Origin: Candidatus Magasanikiibacteriota bacterium
GTDB lineage: Bacteria > Patescibacteriota > Patescibacteriia > Magasanikbacterales > GWA2-37-8
Direction: 5' to 3'
DNA length: 64,000 nucleotides
Assembly (NCBI GenBank): GCA_026396515.1
Contig: JAPLWQ010000003.1
Coordinates: forward strand, 291,569-355,568
Below the pieces are notes generated by a model. That model worked only from the letters and a program-made list of their open reading frames with translations. It was not told the origin of the DNA and did no database searches. The position numbers and the translations under genes are program-made. Of the stretch, positions 1 through 9,952 are shown in pieces (the first letter of the stretch is position 1; each line of letters opens with the position of its first letter).

Positions 1-32
1 TATTGTGGGTTAAAAAAGCTTTAAAAAAAATT

Positions 33-1151
33 ATGTTCACCCGGGTCGAGATAGACTCGCTGGCAATAAAATTCAATTTACGGCAGTTCAGGAAGTTAAT
101 CGGAAAGAAGACCCTACTGATGCCGGTAGTAAAAGCCAATGCTTACGGGCATGGCTTTTTGGAAGTGGCCAGGATATGCGATAAATCGCCCCAGGTTGAC
201 CGTATATGCGTGATAAATGACGAGGAAGCCCTTTCCCTCATAGAGAATAGGATCCGTAAGCCAGTGCAAATTTTAACGTTTTTTGACACAAAAAGTGCTA
301 AAATTGGGCTAAAATTAGCCAAAAAAGGCGTAATTTTCCCGCTTTTTTCGCTGGAACAAGCCAAATTTCTTAACAAAATAGGGGATAAGGCCGGTAAAAA
401 TTTAAGGGTTCATATAAAGGTGGACACCGGGGCTTCGCGCGTTGGACTGTTGCCAAAAGAAGTAATTCCTTTCTTGGAAAAAGTTAAAAAATTTCCGCGC
501 CTAAAAATCGAAGGGCTATACAGCCATTTTGCCGCCAGCGAAGAGGACAGGATATTCACCGAGCACCAGATGAAAAATTTTGAGAAGCTGGTTCACGAAA
601 TGGAAAGCAAGGGATATAGAATACCGATCAAACATTTTGCTTGCTCTGCGGCAAGCGTATTATTTGCCAAGAGCAGGCTAAATGCCATCCGTCTGGGCTT
701 AAGCCTGTATGGTCTTTACCCGGATGTATCGAGCCCAGGGAAAATTAAACTTCAACCCGCGCTTTCCTGGCACACTAAAATAATTCAAGTACGAACAGTA
801 CCTGCCTGGACTAAAATTGGCTATGGCGGGTCATTTACCACCAAGAAGTCAACAAAGTTGGCTGTTCTACCGATTGGCTATTGGGACGGCTATGATCGCG
901 GATTGGGAAACAACGCCTTTGTAATAATCGGCGGCAAACGCTGTTCAATTCGCGGCCGAATATGTATGAACATCTGTATGGCCGATGTTAGCGCGGTAAA
1001 AAAAGTAAAGGCAGGGGATGTCGCAACGCTAATCGGAAAACAAGGAAAAGCGTCAGTTTCAGCAGACGAGTTGGCAAAATGGGCAAACACAATTAATTAT
1101 GAAATAGTTGATAGAATTAACCCACTGACGCCGAGAATTTTTTCCAGATAA
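33..1151 (+). CDS. alr: Alanine racemase
   Basis: PLP-lysine motif VVKANAYGHG, HIKVDTGASRVG, IGYWDG and GRICMN. ATG at 33 preferred over the TTG at 3. Confidence 0.95.
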   Translation: MFTRVEIDSLAIKFNLRQFRKLIGKKTLLMPVVKANAYGHGFLEVARICDKSPQVDRICVINDEEALSLIENRIRKPVQILTFFDTKSAKIGLKLAKKGVIFPLFSLEQAKFLNKIGDKAGKNLRVHIKVDTGASRVGLLPKEVIPFLEKVKKFPRLKIEGLYSHFAASEEDRIFTEHQMKNFEKLVHEMESKGYRIPIKHFACSAASVLFAKSRLNAIRLGLSLYGLYPDVSSPGKIKLQPALSWHTKIIQVRTVPAWTKIGYGGSFTTKKSTKLAVLPIGYWDGYDRGLGNNAFVIIGGKRCSIRGRICMNICMADVSAVKKVKAGDVATLIGKQGKASVSADELAKWANTINYEIVDRINPLTPRIFSR

Positions 1152-1162
1152 CTAACGCAAGC

Positions 1163-2203
1163 ATGGATAAGTACATCAAATCGTATGGTGGCTTCCGACA
1201 GTATGAACCGCCAAAGAAAGGCGGCCTATTTGGCGTATTTAAAAAAAAGAATAAATATTCTCACTCATCAGGCTCAAAGGCGATTGCAGATCATTCAGCG
1301 AGCAATCGGCCATCGTTCATTCGCCCGAAGGCAATAGTAAATTACCGGGGAAAAATAATACTATCTTTATTAGGCAGCTTAATTGTTGCCTGGCTTATAC
1401 TGATGATCTATCTGCCATATTTTAGAATTAACAAGATAAATTTCGAAGGACTAAAAATAATTGACCGTTCGGAAATTGAAAATTATATTAATAGATCATA
1501 TTTGCAAGGCGGTATTATTCCGCATAACAACTATTTTTTGATCAGTACAAAGGATATCACAAGGGATATTCAGTCAAAATACGCTGTTGATAGCGTAACC
1601 GTAAAAAAGTACTTCCCCGGACTAATTAATATTCAAATTGAAGAAAAAATCACGACGATCATTTATGATAATGGATCAAGCTACAGTTTATTGGATAAGG
1701 ACGGAACGGTAATAAAAATTTTAGAGCAATACAGAGAAACAACTTTTGCTACTACTACTGCTTCAACGACGATATCTGAAAATGTTTCTACAAGCTCATA
1801 TATGACAGATGAGATTGCATCATCAACACGCACAGAAACACACAAGCCCGACTTTCAAAAATTATCTGGAAATTATCCCGGGACACCGATACTTCTGGAC
1901 GATCGCAATAAACAAGTATTTGAAAAAAAGGTAATAATATTTGCGCCGAATTTTATCAACTCAATAATTGATTGGCAAAAAGCGCTGAGGAGCGAGGGGA
2001 TAGGGGATATGCGATATTTTCAAACGGATAATCCCTCCGCCGGCGTAAAAGCATATTTAAATAAAAATTGGTACTTATTGATACAACCGACTAACCCGAT
2101 GTCAAACCAAATAGTTAATTTGAAAACTATTATATCTAACCGCGACATAAGTCCAGTGGAATATATAGACCTGCGGTTCGGGGAGAGGGTATTCTGGAAA
2201 TAG
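1163..2203 (+). CDS. FtsQ/DivIB-like cell division protein (TM + POTRA)
   Basis: Basic N-tail, single TM, POTRA-like 'FRINKINFEG...VTVKKYFPGLINIQIEE', C-terminal 'EYIDLRFGERVF' typical of FtsQ. Contains a Thr/Ser-rich insert. Confidence 0.75.
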   Translation: MDKYIKSYGGFRQYEPPKKGGLFGVFKKKNKYSHSSGSKAIADHSASNRPSFIRPKAIVNYRGKIILSLLGSLIVAWLILMIYLPYFRINKINFEGLKIIDRSEIENYINRSYLQGGIIPHNNYFLISTKDITRDIQSKYAVDSVTVKKYFPGLINIQIEEKITTIIYDNGSSYSLLDKDGTVIKILEQYRETTFATTTASTTISENVSTSSYMTDEIASSTRTETHKPDFQKLSGNYPGTPILLDDRNKQVFEKKVIIFAPNFINSIIDWQKALRSEGIGDMRYFQTDNPSAGVKAYLNKNWYLLIQPTNPMSNQIVNLKTIISNRDISPVEYIDLRFGERVFWK

Positions 2204-2210
2204 AAGGCAT

Positions 2211-2239
2211 TTGACGAGAGGAAGGAGTTATATTAAGAT
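2211..2239 (+). promoter_or_regulatory. Sigma70-type promoter of the xer gene
   Basis: TTGACG (2211-2216), 17-bp spacer, TAAGAT (2234-2239). Confidence 0.65.
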
Positions 2240-2244
2240 ATACT

Positions 2245-2276
2245 TAACGTCGTATAACATAGATTAAGAGACGTTA
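2245..2276. other. dif-like Xer recombination/binding site
   Basis: TAACGTCGTATAA-CATAGA-TTAAGAGACGTTA: inverted arms around a 6-bp spacer with the TAA/TTA inner ends typical of dif sites, 20 bp upstream of the xer start. Confidence 0.7.
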
Positions 2277-2296
2277 TATAGCATTTATTCAGCAAT

Positions 2297-3259
2297 ATGG
2301 ACAAATCTTCTAAGACCATACTTAAGCATATCCCGGACTTCCTGGACTATTGCGAGGTCGAAAAAGGCCTTAGCCCGATCTCTACCCGCAATTACCATAA
2401 CTTTCTCAAGGTGTTCGTCGGATGGGTCGAAAAACAGGATTTAACCTCTCTAAAGCCCCACGAGCTCACTCCTGACCATATTTGGAACTACAGGCTATAC
2501 TTGTCGCGTAAAACCGATTCCCGGGGCAAGTATATCAAGAAGACCACTCAGAACTACTACCTGATCGCTTTGCGCAATCTGGTGACATTTTTTGCCGTCA
2601 AAGATATCATTTCACTGCCGGCGGATAAAATTTCTTTACCTAAATTAACTGATAAGGACAAAAAAATTAAATTTCTAAATTTCGACCAAGTTGAGAAGTT
2701 AATGAGCATGCCTGATACATCAAACCCGGAGGGTTTGCGCGACCGATCAATTTTGGAGGTCCTCTTCTCTACTGGCATGCGCGTCTCAGAGTTAACGTCG
2801 CTTAACATACGTCTATTCAATATTAAAAATATTATTGAAGATAAAATTAATGATCTCGAAATTGCCATCACCGGAAAAGGAGGATCAACCCGCACAGTAT
2901 ATTTTTCTAAGCGCACACTCGAGTGGCTGGGAAAATACCTAAAAACGCGAAAAGACATGTGCCCTCCCCTATTTATTAACTATCGTCCGGATAAAGAAGA
3001 TGCTGAACATCGGCTTACAACTCGCTCTGTTGAACGATTAGTAAAAAAATATACAACAATGGCCGGCCTGCCTGTGGACGCCACACCGCACACTCTTCGC
3101 CATAGTTTTGCCACTGATCTATTAGAGCAAGGCGCTGATATGCGCTCGGTACAGGAAATGCTGGGACATAAAAACATCGTTACCACGCAAATATACACGC
3201 ATGTAACCAATCCGCATTTGCGCGAAATTCACAGAAAATTTCACAGCGGAAAAAAGTAA
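2297..3259 (+). CDS. XerC/XerD-family tyrosine recombinase
   Basis: N-terminal SAM-like domain (FLDYCEVEKGLS..T..NY) and full catalytic set: GMRVSEL, GKG, HTLRHSFAT, LGH, TTQIYTH. Confidence 0.93.
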   Translation: MDKSSKTILKHIPDFLDYCEVEKGLSPISTRNYHNFLKVFVGWVEKQDLTSLKPHELTPDHIWNYRLYLSRKTDSRGKYIKKTTQNYYLIALRNLVTFFAVKDIISLPADKISLPKLTDKDKKIKFLNFDQVEKLMSMPDTSNPEGLRDRSILEVLFSTGMRVSELTSLNIRLFNIKNIIEDKINDLEIAITGKGGSTRTVYFSKRTLEWLGKYLKTRKDMCPPLFINYRPDKEDAEHRLTTRSVERLVKKYTTMAGLPVDATPHTLRHSFATDLLEQGADMRSVQEMLGHKNIVTTQIYTHVTNPHLREIHRKFHSGKK

Positions 3260-3262
3260 ACT

Positions 3263-3299
3263 AAAAAAACCGTCAGCCCATAGCTGGCGGTTTTTCTTT
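3263..3299. terminator. Bidirectional intrinsic terminator
   Basis: A-tract, CCGTCAGC-CCATA-GCTGGCGG hairpin, T-tract, between convergent genes. Confidence 0.8.
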
Positions 3300-3309
3300 A
3301 TGATATTAC

Positions 3310-4545
3310 TCACTGTAAATATCCCATCGGATTAACCGGGATGCCGTTAGCGCGCACTTCAAAGTGCAAATGCGGACCAGTGACGAAAGGACCTGCTCCA
3401 ACTGTGCCCGGTGTGCCGCCTGTATATCCTATTATGTCGCCCTTGCTGACAAATTCATCTTCAGACACGCTTATTGAGCTCATATGGCCATATACGGTCG
3501 ACAAGTTGCCTGTATGTACGAGCAACACATAGCTATAACAACTTGCCGATGAGCATCTCTTAGCCCGGGCTACATAGCCCGCAGCCGCGGCTTTAATCGG
3601 TGAACCATGCGCCGCGCGAAGGTCAATACCGCTATGCTCAAAAACTCTGCGATACGGATAATCCGGATCATGGAAAGCCGACGTAATATACCGGCTGGAA
3701 ACCGGCCATCCGAGCACTCCGGCACTATCGCCCAAATCTTTAAACCTCTGCATTTCCTCCAACTTCTTTCGCACCTGATCCTCATAAGTTCGCACTTCAC
3801 CCTCTATCGCCTGGTATTGCTTTCTCAAACTCTCAAGTAATATACGATATTTTTGTTCTGACGAATGAGTTGCTGTAAGCAAATTTTCCTTAGTATTTGT
3901 CTGATCGATTAGATCTTTCTGTTTATTTTCCAGTTCTGCCTTAAGATCCTCGTATGTTTTTTTCTTTGCCTCAACCTGCGCCTTTTTGGCATCCAAATCT
4001 TCCTTTGCAATGCGTAAATTTTTCACCGATTGGCCAAGATCGGTATAAACACTTTCCAGATATTTAGCCTGATTATAAAAATCAGCAAAAGTATCGCTGG
4101 TCAATAAAATTTCAAGATAATTTTTCTGATCCTCTGCGTGGATATTGCGGACAATTTTAGCAATAATCTTCTTTTGCCTGGCAATGGACGCCTCCTTATC
4201 TTGAATATTAAGCTCTAACGCTTCAATTTCCAGCTTTGCCTGATTAATGCGTTCATTTGTAAGCTTTATATCCGCCTCGGTTTGAGCACGCCTATTATCC
4301 AAAATACTTAACTGATTTTTTAATGAGACCGCCTCAAGCTGTTTTTGCTCTATATTTTTCTTATAATTACCAATCGTTTCTTCAAGTTGTTTTATTTTAT
4401 CCTTTTTTTCAGCAATCTGCGCATTAAGATCGTCAATTTCTTCTTTATTTCCGCCTACTGCGGTATTATCTGAATATACAAAACTTGGGCTAAAAAAAAG
4501 TAAGCCCAATACAATAAAAAATAAAACAATTAATCTGTACTTCAT
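3310..4545 (-). CDS. Secreted coiled-coil + M23 peptidase (EnvC/murein hydrolase activator-like)
   Basis: Signal/TM segment, long coiled coil, HSGIDL, YGHM and GPHLHFEVR M23 motifs. ATG at 4545 chosen. Confidence 0.88.
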   Translation of the reverse strand: MKYRLIVLFFIVLGLLFFSPSFVYSDNTAVGGNKEEIDDLNAQIAEKKDKIKQLEETIGNYKKNIEQKQLEAVSLKNQLSILDNRRAQTEADIKLTNERINQAKLEIEALELNIQDKEASIARQKKIIAKIVRNIHAEDQKNYLEILLTSDTFADFYNQAKYLESVYTDLGQSVKNLRIAKEDLDAKKAQVEAKKKTYEDLKAELENKQKDLIDQTNTKENLLTATHSSEQKYRILLESLRKQYQAIEGEVRTYEDQVRKKLEEMQRFKDLGDSAGVLGWPVSSRYITSAFHDPDYPYRRVFEHSGIDLRAAHGSPIKAAAAGYVARAKRCSSASCYSYVLLVHTGNLSTVYGHMSSISVSEDEFVSKGDIIGYTGGTPGTVGAGPFVTGPHLHFEVRANGIPVNPMGYLQ

Positions 4546-4576
4546 GAAGATATTATAGCACAAATATACTGATGGC

Positions 4577-6070
4577 CTAAATATTTGATATTGCTAAATC
4601 AATTCTGTTTAAAGATTCCTCCTTGCCCAAGACCTCGGCAATCTCAAATGGCCCGGGAGAATTTTCCTGGCCGGACAGCGCGACGCGCATTGGCCACAAG
4701 ACCGAACCGACCGAATAGCCCTTTTCCTTCACCCAGTCCCCCACCGTTCGTTCCAAAATTGTTCTGTCCCATGACTGAACACTTATTGTACTCAGCAAAT
4801 CTTTCAAGCCGGGTAAAATATTTTGCAATTCATCTACAGAACTTTTTTTCCAAATAAGTAAATCTGACTTGTATTTCGGCAGAACGAAAACAAACTTTAA
4901 CGCCTCCGGCAATTCAGAAAATGTAGTCACGCGTTCACGCTCCAAAGCAATAACGCGAGCAAGGTCCTTATCTTCATACTGCCCCTCCCCTATCGCACTA
5001 AAAATTTCAGGATCGGCCAGTAAAAATTCTTTAGCGCGCTGTACCAATTCCGCCAAATCCATTTTCTTTAAGTATTCCCTGTTGAACCAATCTAACTTTT
5101 GCAAATTGAAAATCGCGCCGGATTTTCCGACTTTATCAAAATTGAACTCGTTGATTATTTCATCCAATGAATAAATTTCACGCTCGCCTCCGGGATTCCA
5201 GCCGAGAAATGCGATGAAATTTATTATTGCCTCTTTCAGATATCCTTTTTTCACATAGTCCTCAACCGCTACGTCGCCTTGGCGCTTGCTCAACTTTGAT
5301 TTATCAGCATTAAGTAGCAAGGGCAGATGCGCCATCTTGGGAGATTCCCAGCCAAAATATTTATAAAGCTGTAGATGTTTGGGGACGCTCGACAGCCATT
5401 CCTCTCCGCGGATGATGTGCGTAATTTTCATGAGATGGTCGTCAACCACAACCGCTAAATGATAGGTGGGAAAACCGTCGGACTTCATAATCACCTGGTC
5501 GTCAATTAGCTCATTTTTGAACCTTACTTCACCTCTAATTTCGTCGTTAAATACAGTCTCCCCTTCCTTTGGCATCTTCATGCGAATAACGTGTTTTTCG
5601 CCGTCAGAAGCCCGTTTTTGGGCCTCTATTGGGTTAATTTCCCGACAATGTCCGTCATAACCGGTCGGGAGCTTGTTTAATTGCTGAAACTGGCGTAATT
5701 CATCTAATCGCTCGGGTGCACAAAAGCAATGATAGGCGTGGCCCTGCTCAATTAGCCGGTCGGCATGCTCACGATATATATCGGATCTTTCCGATTGAAT
5801 ATACGATCCACCGCAGTCACCCTTTTGAATAATATTTTCTTCATTATCAAACATTACGCCCTCGTCAGGAATAAGCCCGGCCCAATACAATGATTTAAGA
5901 ATATTTTGTGTACCATCCGCCACAAACCTTTCACGGTCCGTGTCTTCAATACGCAAAACAAATTTGCCCTCGTTCTTTTTGGCAAAACAATACGCATAAA
6001 GCGCGGTGCGCAAACCGCCGACATGTAAGTAGCCGGTTGGTGATGGAGCAAATCTAGTTCTTATGGTCAT
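4577..6070 (-). CDS. gltX: Glutamate--tRNA ligase
   Basis: RTRFAPSPTGYLHVGG (HIGH), LRIEDTD, RGEEW, KLSKR (KMSKS). Confidence 0.97.
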   Translation of the reverse strand: MTIRTRFAPSPTGYLHVGGLRTALYAYCFAKKNEGKFVLRIEDTDRERFVADGTQNILKSLYWAGLIPDEGVMFDNEENIIQKGDCGGSYIQSERSDIYREHADRLIEQGHAYHCFCAPERLDELRQFQQLNKLPTGYDGHCREINPIEAQKRASDGEKHVIRMKMPKEGETVFNDEIRGEVRFKNELIDDQVIMKSDGFPTYHLAVVVDDHLMKITHIIRGEEWLSSVPKHLQLYKYFGWESPKMAHLPLLLNADKSKLSKRQGDVAVEDYVKKGYLKEAIINFIAFLGWNPGGEREIYSLDEIINEFNFDKVGKSGAIFNLQKLDWFNREYLKKMDLAELVQRAKEFLLADPEIFSAIGEGQYEDKDLARVIALERERVTTFSELPEALKFVFVLPKYKSDLLIWKKSSVDELQNILPGLKDLLSTISVQSWDRTILERTVGDWVKEKGYSVGSVLWPMRVALSGQENSPGPFEIAEVLGKEESLNRIDLAISNI

Positions 6071-6809
6071 AAAATTTTTCTTTCAAAGCAAAAAAAGTAA
6101 ATTTTGTGGTGGCGTTAAAAATCCTACCGATTCTTTTCGGTTGCGAGATCAATCGGTACAACCATTCTATCCCGATTTTGCGCATCCAGCAAGGCGCGCG
6201 GTTGACTATGCCCGAGATATAATCGAACGCTCCGCCCACGCCCATGGCAATTTTTACACCAGGCATTTTTGTCAGATTTTCATGAATCCATTTTTCCTGT
6301 TTGCCCATCCCAAAGGCGACAAACAATATATCCGGATGTGATTGATTGATCCGACCAATGACCGTTTGGTTATTAATTTGGTCAATCCGTAATTCAAAAT
6401 TTTGAATATTGGACTCATCCATCATCAGTCCTTTATCAAAACCTACAATTTTCAGCATCGGAAATTGCTTCAGCAATTCTTCTGCTGTTTTTTCCGCCAC
6501 TTCATTACTTCCCGAACCGAGAAAATAGACGCTACTCCCCTGCTCTGACGCCAGCCGGCAAAGCTCTATCATAAAATCAACTCCGGGAATGCGCGTTGCG
6601 TCGGAAAATATTTTCAAACCGAAACCGTCGCACAAATTTAAATCACCGGTATTAAGAACGTCGCGAAAATAATTATCTTTTTGCGCCTTTACCAGTATCT
6701 CGGGATTGGGCGTAAAAATTTTATGCTGACCGGAAATTAAAAAAGTTCGCGCTTTATTCAAAGCTTCGGGTAAACCGACATTATCGATTCTAACGCCGAA
6801 AAAATTCAT
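6054..6809 (-). CDS. WecB/TagA/CpsF family glycosyltransferase
   Basis: TPNPE, RIPGVD, GMGKQEKWI, GVGGAFD, RAP..MRKIGIEWLYRL. Confidence 0.92.
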   Translation of the reverse strand: MNFFGVRIDNVGLPEALNKARTFLISGQHKIFTPNPEILVKAQKDNYFRDVLNTGDLNLCDGFGLKIFSDATRIPGVDFMIELCRLASEQGSSVYFLGSGSNEVAEKTAEELLKQFPMLKIVGFDKGLMMDESNIQNFELRIDQINNQTVIGRINQSHPDILFVAFGMGKQEKWIHENLTKMPGVKIAMGVGGAFDYISGIVNRAPCWMRKIGIEWLYRLISQPKRIGRIFNATTKFTFFALKEKFYDHKN

Positions 6810-7081
6810 AATAATTTAAAGTCAGAAAACTCTCCTAAATAGGCATTTTCTGATATTTCAACCGCCTCCACTCTTGCTCCCTGCGGACCGTGGCGGAGCC
6901 ACAAGGCCAACTTATCCAGACTTTCCTCATCGCCTTCGGCAATAATCCGGACCTCTTTTCCACACGGTAAATTTGCGGCAAATCCGGTCAATCCTAAATT
7001 TTTCGCTTCCTCATGACAATAATACCGAAAGCCAACTCCCTGTACTGAACCTTTAATAATGGCTTCAATCCTCTTTTTCAT
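6806..7081 (-). CDS. acyP: Acylphosphatase
   Basis: G.VQGVGFR, G.A.N and GP..ARV signature motifs. Confidence 0.92.
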   Translation of the reverse strand: MKKRIEAIIKGSVQGVGFRYYCHEEAKNLGLTGFAANLPCGKEVRIIAEGDEESLDKLALWLRHGPQGARVEAVEISENAYLGEFSDFKLL

Positions 7082-7133
7082 AATATTGAATTATGCTCAT
7101 ATTTTACCCTAATTTTTGCTTAATTTCAAGGGG

Positions 7134-7163
7134 TTGACATAGGACGCGGATATGGTATATTAT
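7134..7163 (+). promoter_or_regulatory. clpB promoter
   Basis: TTGACA (7134-7139) followed by TGG-TATATT/TATTAT -10 candidates at 7156-7163. Confidence 0.7.
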
Positions 7164-7189
7164 TATCACTCTCACTATTAGAGTGATAA
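7163..7189. promoter_or_regulatory. CIRCE-like operator (HrcA site), variant
   Basis: TTATCACTC-N9-GAGTGATAA perfect inverted repeat versus canonical TTAGCACTC-N9-GAGTGCTAA; lies between the promoter and the clpB ATG. Confidence 0.85.
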
Positions 7190-7199
7190 ATCATAATCT

Positions 7200-9839
7200 A
7201 TGTTAAATCCCCAAAACTTTACCCAAAAATCACAGGAGGCCATACAAATTGCCTCGCAAATCGCACAGGAAAACAATCAGCCGCAAGTGGAGCCGCCACA
7301 TCTGTTTTTGGCTTTGCTTCAAGATGAGGAGAGCGTGGTTGTTTCCGTATTGCGAAAAATGAAATGTGACTTACCGGCAGTCCTGGCTGAAGCTCAAGCC
7401 ATAGTCGGCAATTTGCCGAAACAGTTCGGCGGTTCTCCTATTGTGGGAAACGGCCAAATTATGCTGAGCCAACCTGCAATGAACGTGATGCAGAACGCTT
7501 TCGCTGAATCAAAAAAAATGGGTGATGAATACATCAGCGTTGAACATTTGTTTCTGGCTTTTTTGTCTAACAAGAATCCAATCAGCGACATTCTGTCAAA
7601 GAATCACAAAATTTCATATGACGAGGTTTTGAAATCGCTGGCCTCAATACGCGGTACGCAAAAAGTGGATTCCCCTAACCCGGAAATAAAATATAATGCT
7701 TTGGAGAAATATGGAAAAAATTTAACCGAACTGGCGCGAAAAGAAAAAATTGATCCGGTTATCGGACGCGATGATGAAATCCGCAGGGTGATGCAAATTC
7801 TGTCCCGCCGTACCAAAAACAATCCGGTGCTTATCGGCGAACCCGGCACCGGTAAAACCGCTATCGTGGAAGGCCTGGCTCAGCGCATTGTTAATGGCGA
7901 TGTGCCGGAATCATTAAAAAATAAGGAAGTAATCGGTTTAGACATCGGCTCTCTGCTTGCGGGTGCAAAATTCCGCGGCGAATTCGAGGAACGTCTCAAA
8001 GCTGTCCTCAAAGAAGTGGATGCCGCTGCCGGAAAAATCATTTTATTTATCGACGAACTCCACACCATAGTCGGCGCCGGAGCATCAGAGGGCGCGATTG
8101 ATGCCGCTAATATGTTAAAACCAATGCTCGCCCGCGGCGAACTGCATTCAATCGGCGCGACCACTCTAAAGGAATATCATAAATATATTGAAAAAGACGC
8201 CGCCTTAGAGCGCCGTTTTCAACCGGTGATGGTCAATGAACCTTCTGAAGATGACGCCATCGCCATCTTGAGAGGCATTAAAGAGAAATATGAAGTTCAT
8301 CACGGGGTCCGTATCACCGATGCGGCCATTCTCGCGGCAGTGAAGTTGTCCATCCGCTATATTTCCGACCGGTTTTTACCGGATAAAGCCATTGATCTGG
8401 TGGACGAGGCGGCTTCAGCACTGCGCCTGCAAATTGAATCAATGCCTGAGGATTTGGACAAATTGAAACGATCGGCAATTAAATTTGAGATTGAAAAAAG
8501 AGCGCTGATGAATGAAAACAGCCCTGATGTAAAGGATCAGCTTAAAAAATTGGAAAAAGAGCTGGCTGAAATTCGGGAGAAAAGCAATCAATTGGAGGCG
8601 AAATGGAAAAACGAGAAAGACATCATTGCCCGCATACACGATCGAAAAAAGGAAATTGACAAATTGAAACAAAAAGCGGAAATTGAAGAGCGTAAAGGCG
8701 ACCTGCAGAAGGTTGCTGAGATTCGCTATGGCTCTATCCCCTCTTTGGAAAAGGAAATTATTATTGATGAAAAACTGCTTCAGGAATATCAAAAAAACCG
8801 CGGCATTTTAAAAGAAGAGATCACCGAAGCGGACATTGCCGCCGTAGTGGCGCGTTGGACTTCAATTCCGGTGACGAAAATGCTGGAAACGGAATCCGAT
8901 AAATTCAGCCAGATGGAGGGCGTTCTCGCCAAGCGCGTTGTCGGACAAGAAGAAGCGATTAAGGCCATTGCCAACGCCATCCGCCGTTCACGCGCCGGCA
9001 TTGCCGAACCAAATAAGCCGATCGGCTCGTTTATTTTTCTCGGTCCGACCGGAGTAGGCAAAACCGAACTGGCTAAAACATTGGCCGAATTTATGTTTGA
9101 TACTGAAGACGCTCTAGTGCGAGTGGATATGAGCGAGTATATGGAAAAACACAGCGTCAGCAAAATTATTGGCTCCCCGCCGGGCTATGTCGGCTTCGAA
9201 GAAGGCGGCCAGCTAACCGAGACTATCCGCCGCCGGCCATATGCGGTAATATTATTCGACGAAATTGAAAAAGCGCATCCGGACGTCTTTAATATTTTAC
9301 TTCAAATTCTGGACGACGGCAGAATCACCGATGCCAAAGGCCGGACGGTCAACTTCAAAAACACAGTGATTATTATGACTTCCAACATCGGCAGCCAAAC
9401 TATTTTAGACATGAAAAAAACCGGTGGCTTCGGCTTTGAAGACGGTCGCGGCAACAAAAAAAATACAGATGAGAAAATCCGCGAAAAAATAATGGATACT
9501 TTGCACGAATACTTTAAACCGGAATTCTTGAACCGCGTGGATGAAATTGTCGTCTTCCATACTTTAACGGAAAAGCAAATTGAAACAATCGTTGAATTGC
9601 AACTGGCCAAGGTTATTAAGCGTTTGGCGGAAAAGAAAATTGCACTGAATATTGACCCTGGTGTAAAAAAATATTTGGCCGGAATCGGATATGATCCAAA
9701 TTACGGTGCCCGTCCGCTTAAGCGCGCAATTCAAAACGAACTTTTGGATCAACTTTCACTGAAAATTATTGAGGGTGACGTGGCCGAGGGGCAAAAGGTG
9801 AAGGTAAGAATGGAAAAGGGTAAAATAAGCATAAAATAG
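7200..9839 (+). CDS. clpB: Chaperone ClpB
   Basis: Clp N-domains, two AAA modules ([16 protein letters not shown]), coiled-coil M-domain, GARPLKR. Confidence 0.96.
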   Translation: MLNPQNFTQKSQEAIQIASQIAQENNQPQVEPPHLFLALLQDEESVVVSVLRKMKCDLPAVLAEAQAIVGNLPKQFGGSPIVGNGQIMLSQPAMNVMQNAFAESKKMGDEYISVEHLFLAFLSNKNPISDILSKNHKISYDEVLKSLASIRGTQKVDSPNPEIKYNALEKYGKNLTELARKEKIDPVIGRDDEIRRVMQILSRRTKNNPVLIGEPGTGKTAIVEGLAQRIVNGDVPESLKNKEVIGLDIGSLLAGAKFRGEFEERLKAVLKEVDAAAGKIILFIDELHTIVGAGASEGAIDAANMLKPMLARGELHSIGATTLKEYHKYIEKDAALERRFQPVMVNEPSEDDAIAILRGIKEKYEVHHGVRITDAAILAAVKLSIRYISDRFLPDKAIDLVDEAASALRLQIESMPEDLDKLKRSAIKFEIEKRALMNENSPDVKDQLKKLEKELAEIREKSNQLEAKWKNEKDIIARIHDRKKEIDKLKQKAEIEERKGDLQKVAEIRYGSIPSLEKEIIIDEKLLQEYQKNRGILKEEITEADIAAVVARWTSIPVTKMLETESDKFSQMEGVLAKRVVGQEEAIKAIANAIRRSRAGIAEPNKPIGSFIFLGPTGVGKTELAKTLAEFMFDTEDALVRVDMSEYMEKHSVSKIIGSPPGYVGFEEGGQLTETIRRRPYAVILFDEIEKAHPDVFNILLQILDDGRITDAKGRTVNFKNTVIIMTSNIGSQTILDMKKTGGFGFEDGRGNKKNTDEKIREKIMDTLHEYFKPEFLNRVDEIVVFHTLTEKQIETIVELQLAKVIKRLAEKKIALNIDPGVKKYLAGIGYDPNYGARPLKRAIQNELLDQLSLKIIEGDVAEGQKVKVRMEKGKISIK

Positions 9840-9842
9840 CCT

Positions 9843-9873
9843 AAAACAATCCGCTAAATGCGGATTGTTTTTT
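9843..9873 (+). terminator. Intrinsic terminator after clpB
   Basis: AAAACAATCCGC-TAAAT-GCGGATTGTTTT followed by Ts. Confidence 0.85.
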
Positions 9874-9952
9874 ATTATCAAAAATGATATAATGGAGTTG
9901 AGAGAAATATTCGCTTAAATTATTACGAATATTGATTTTTTGTGTAAATATT

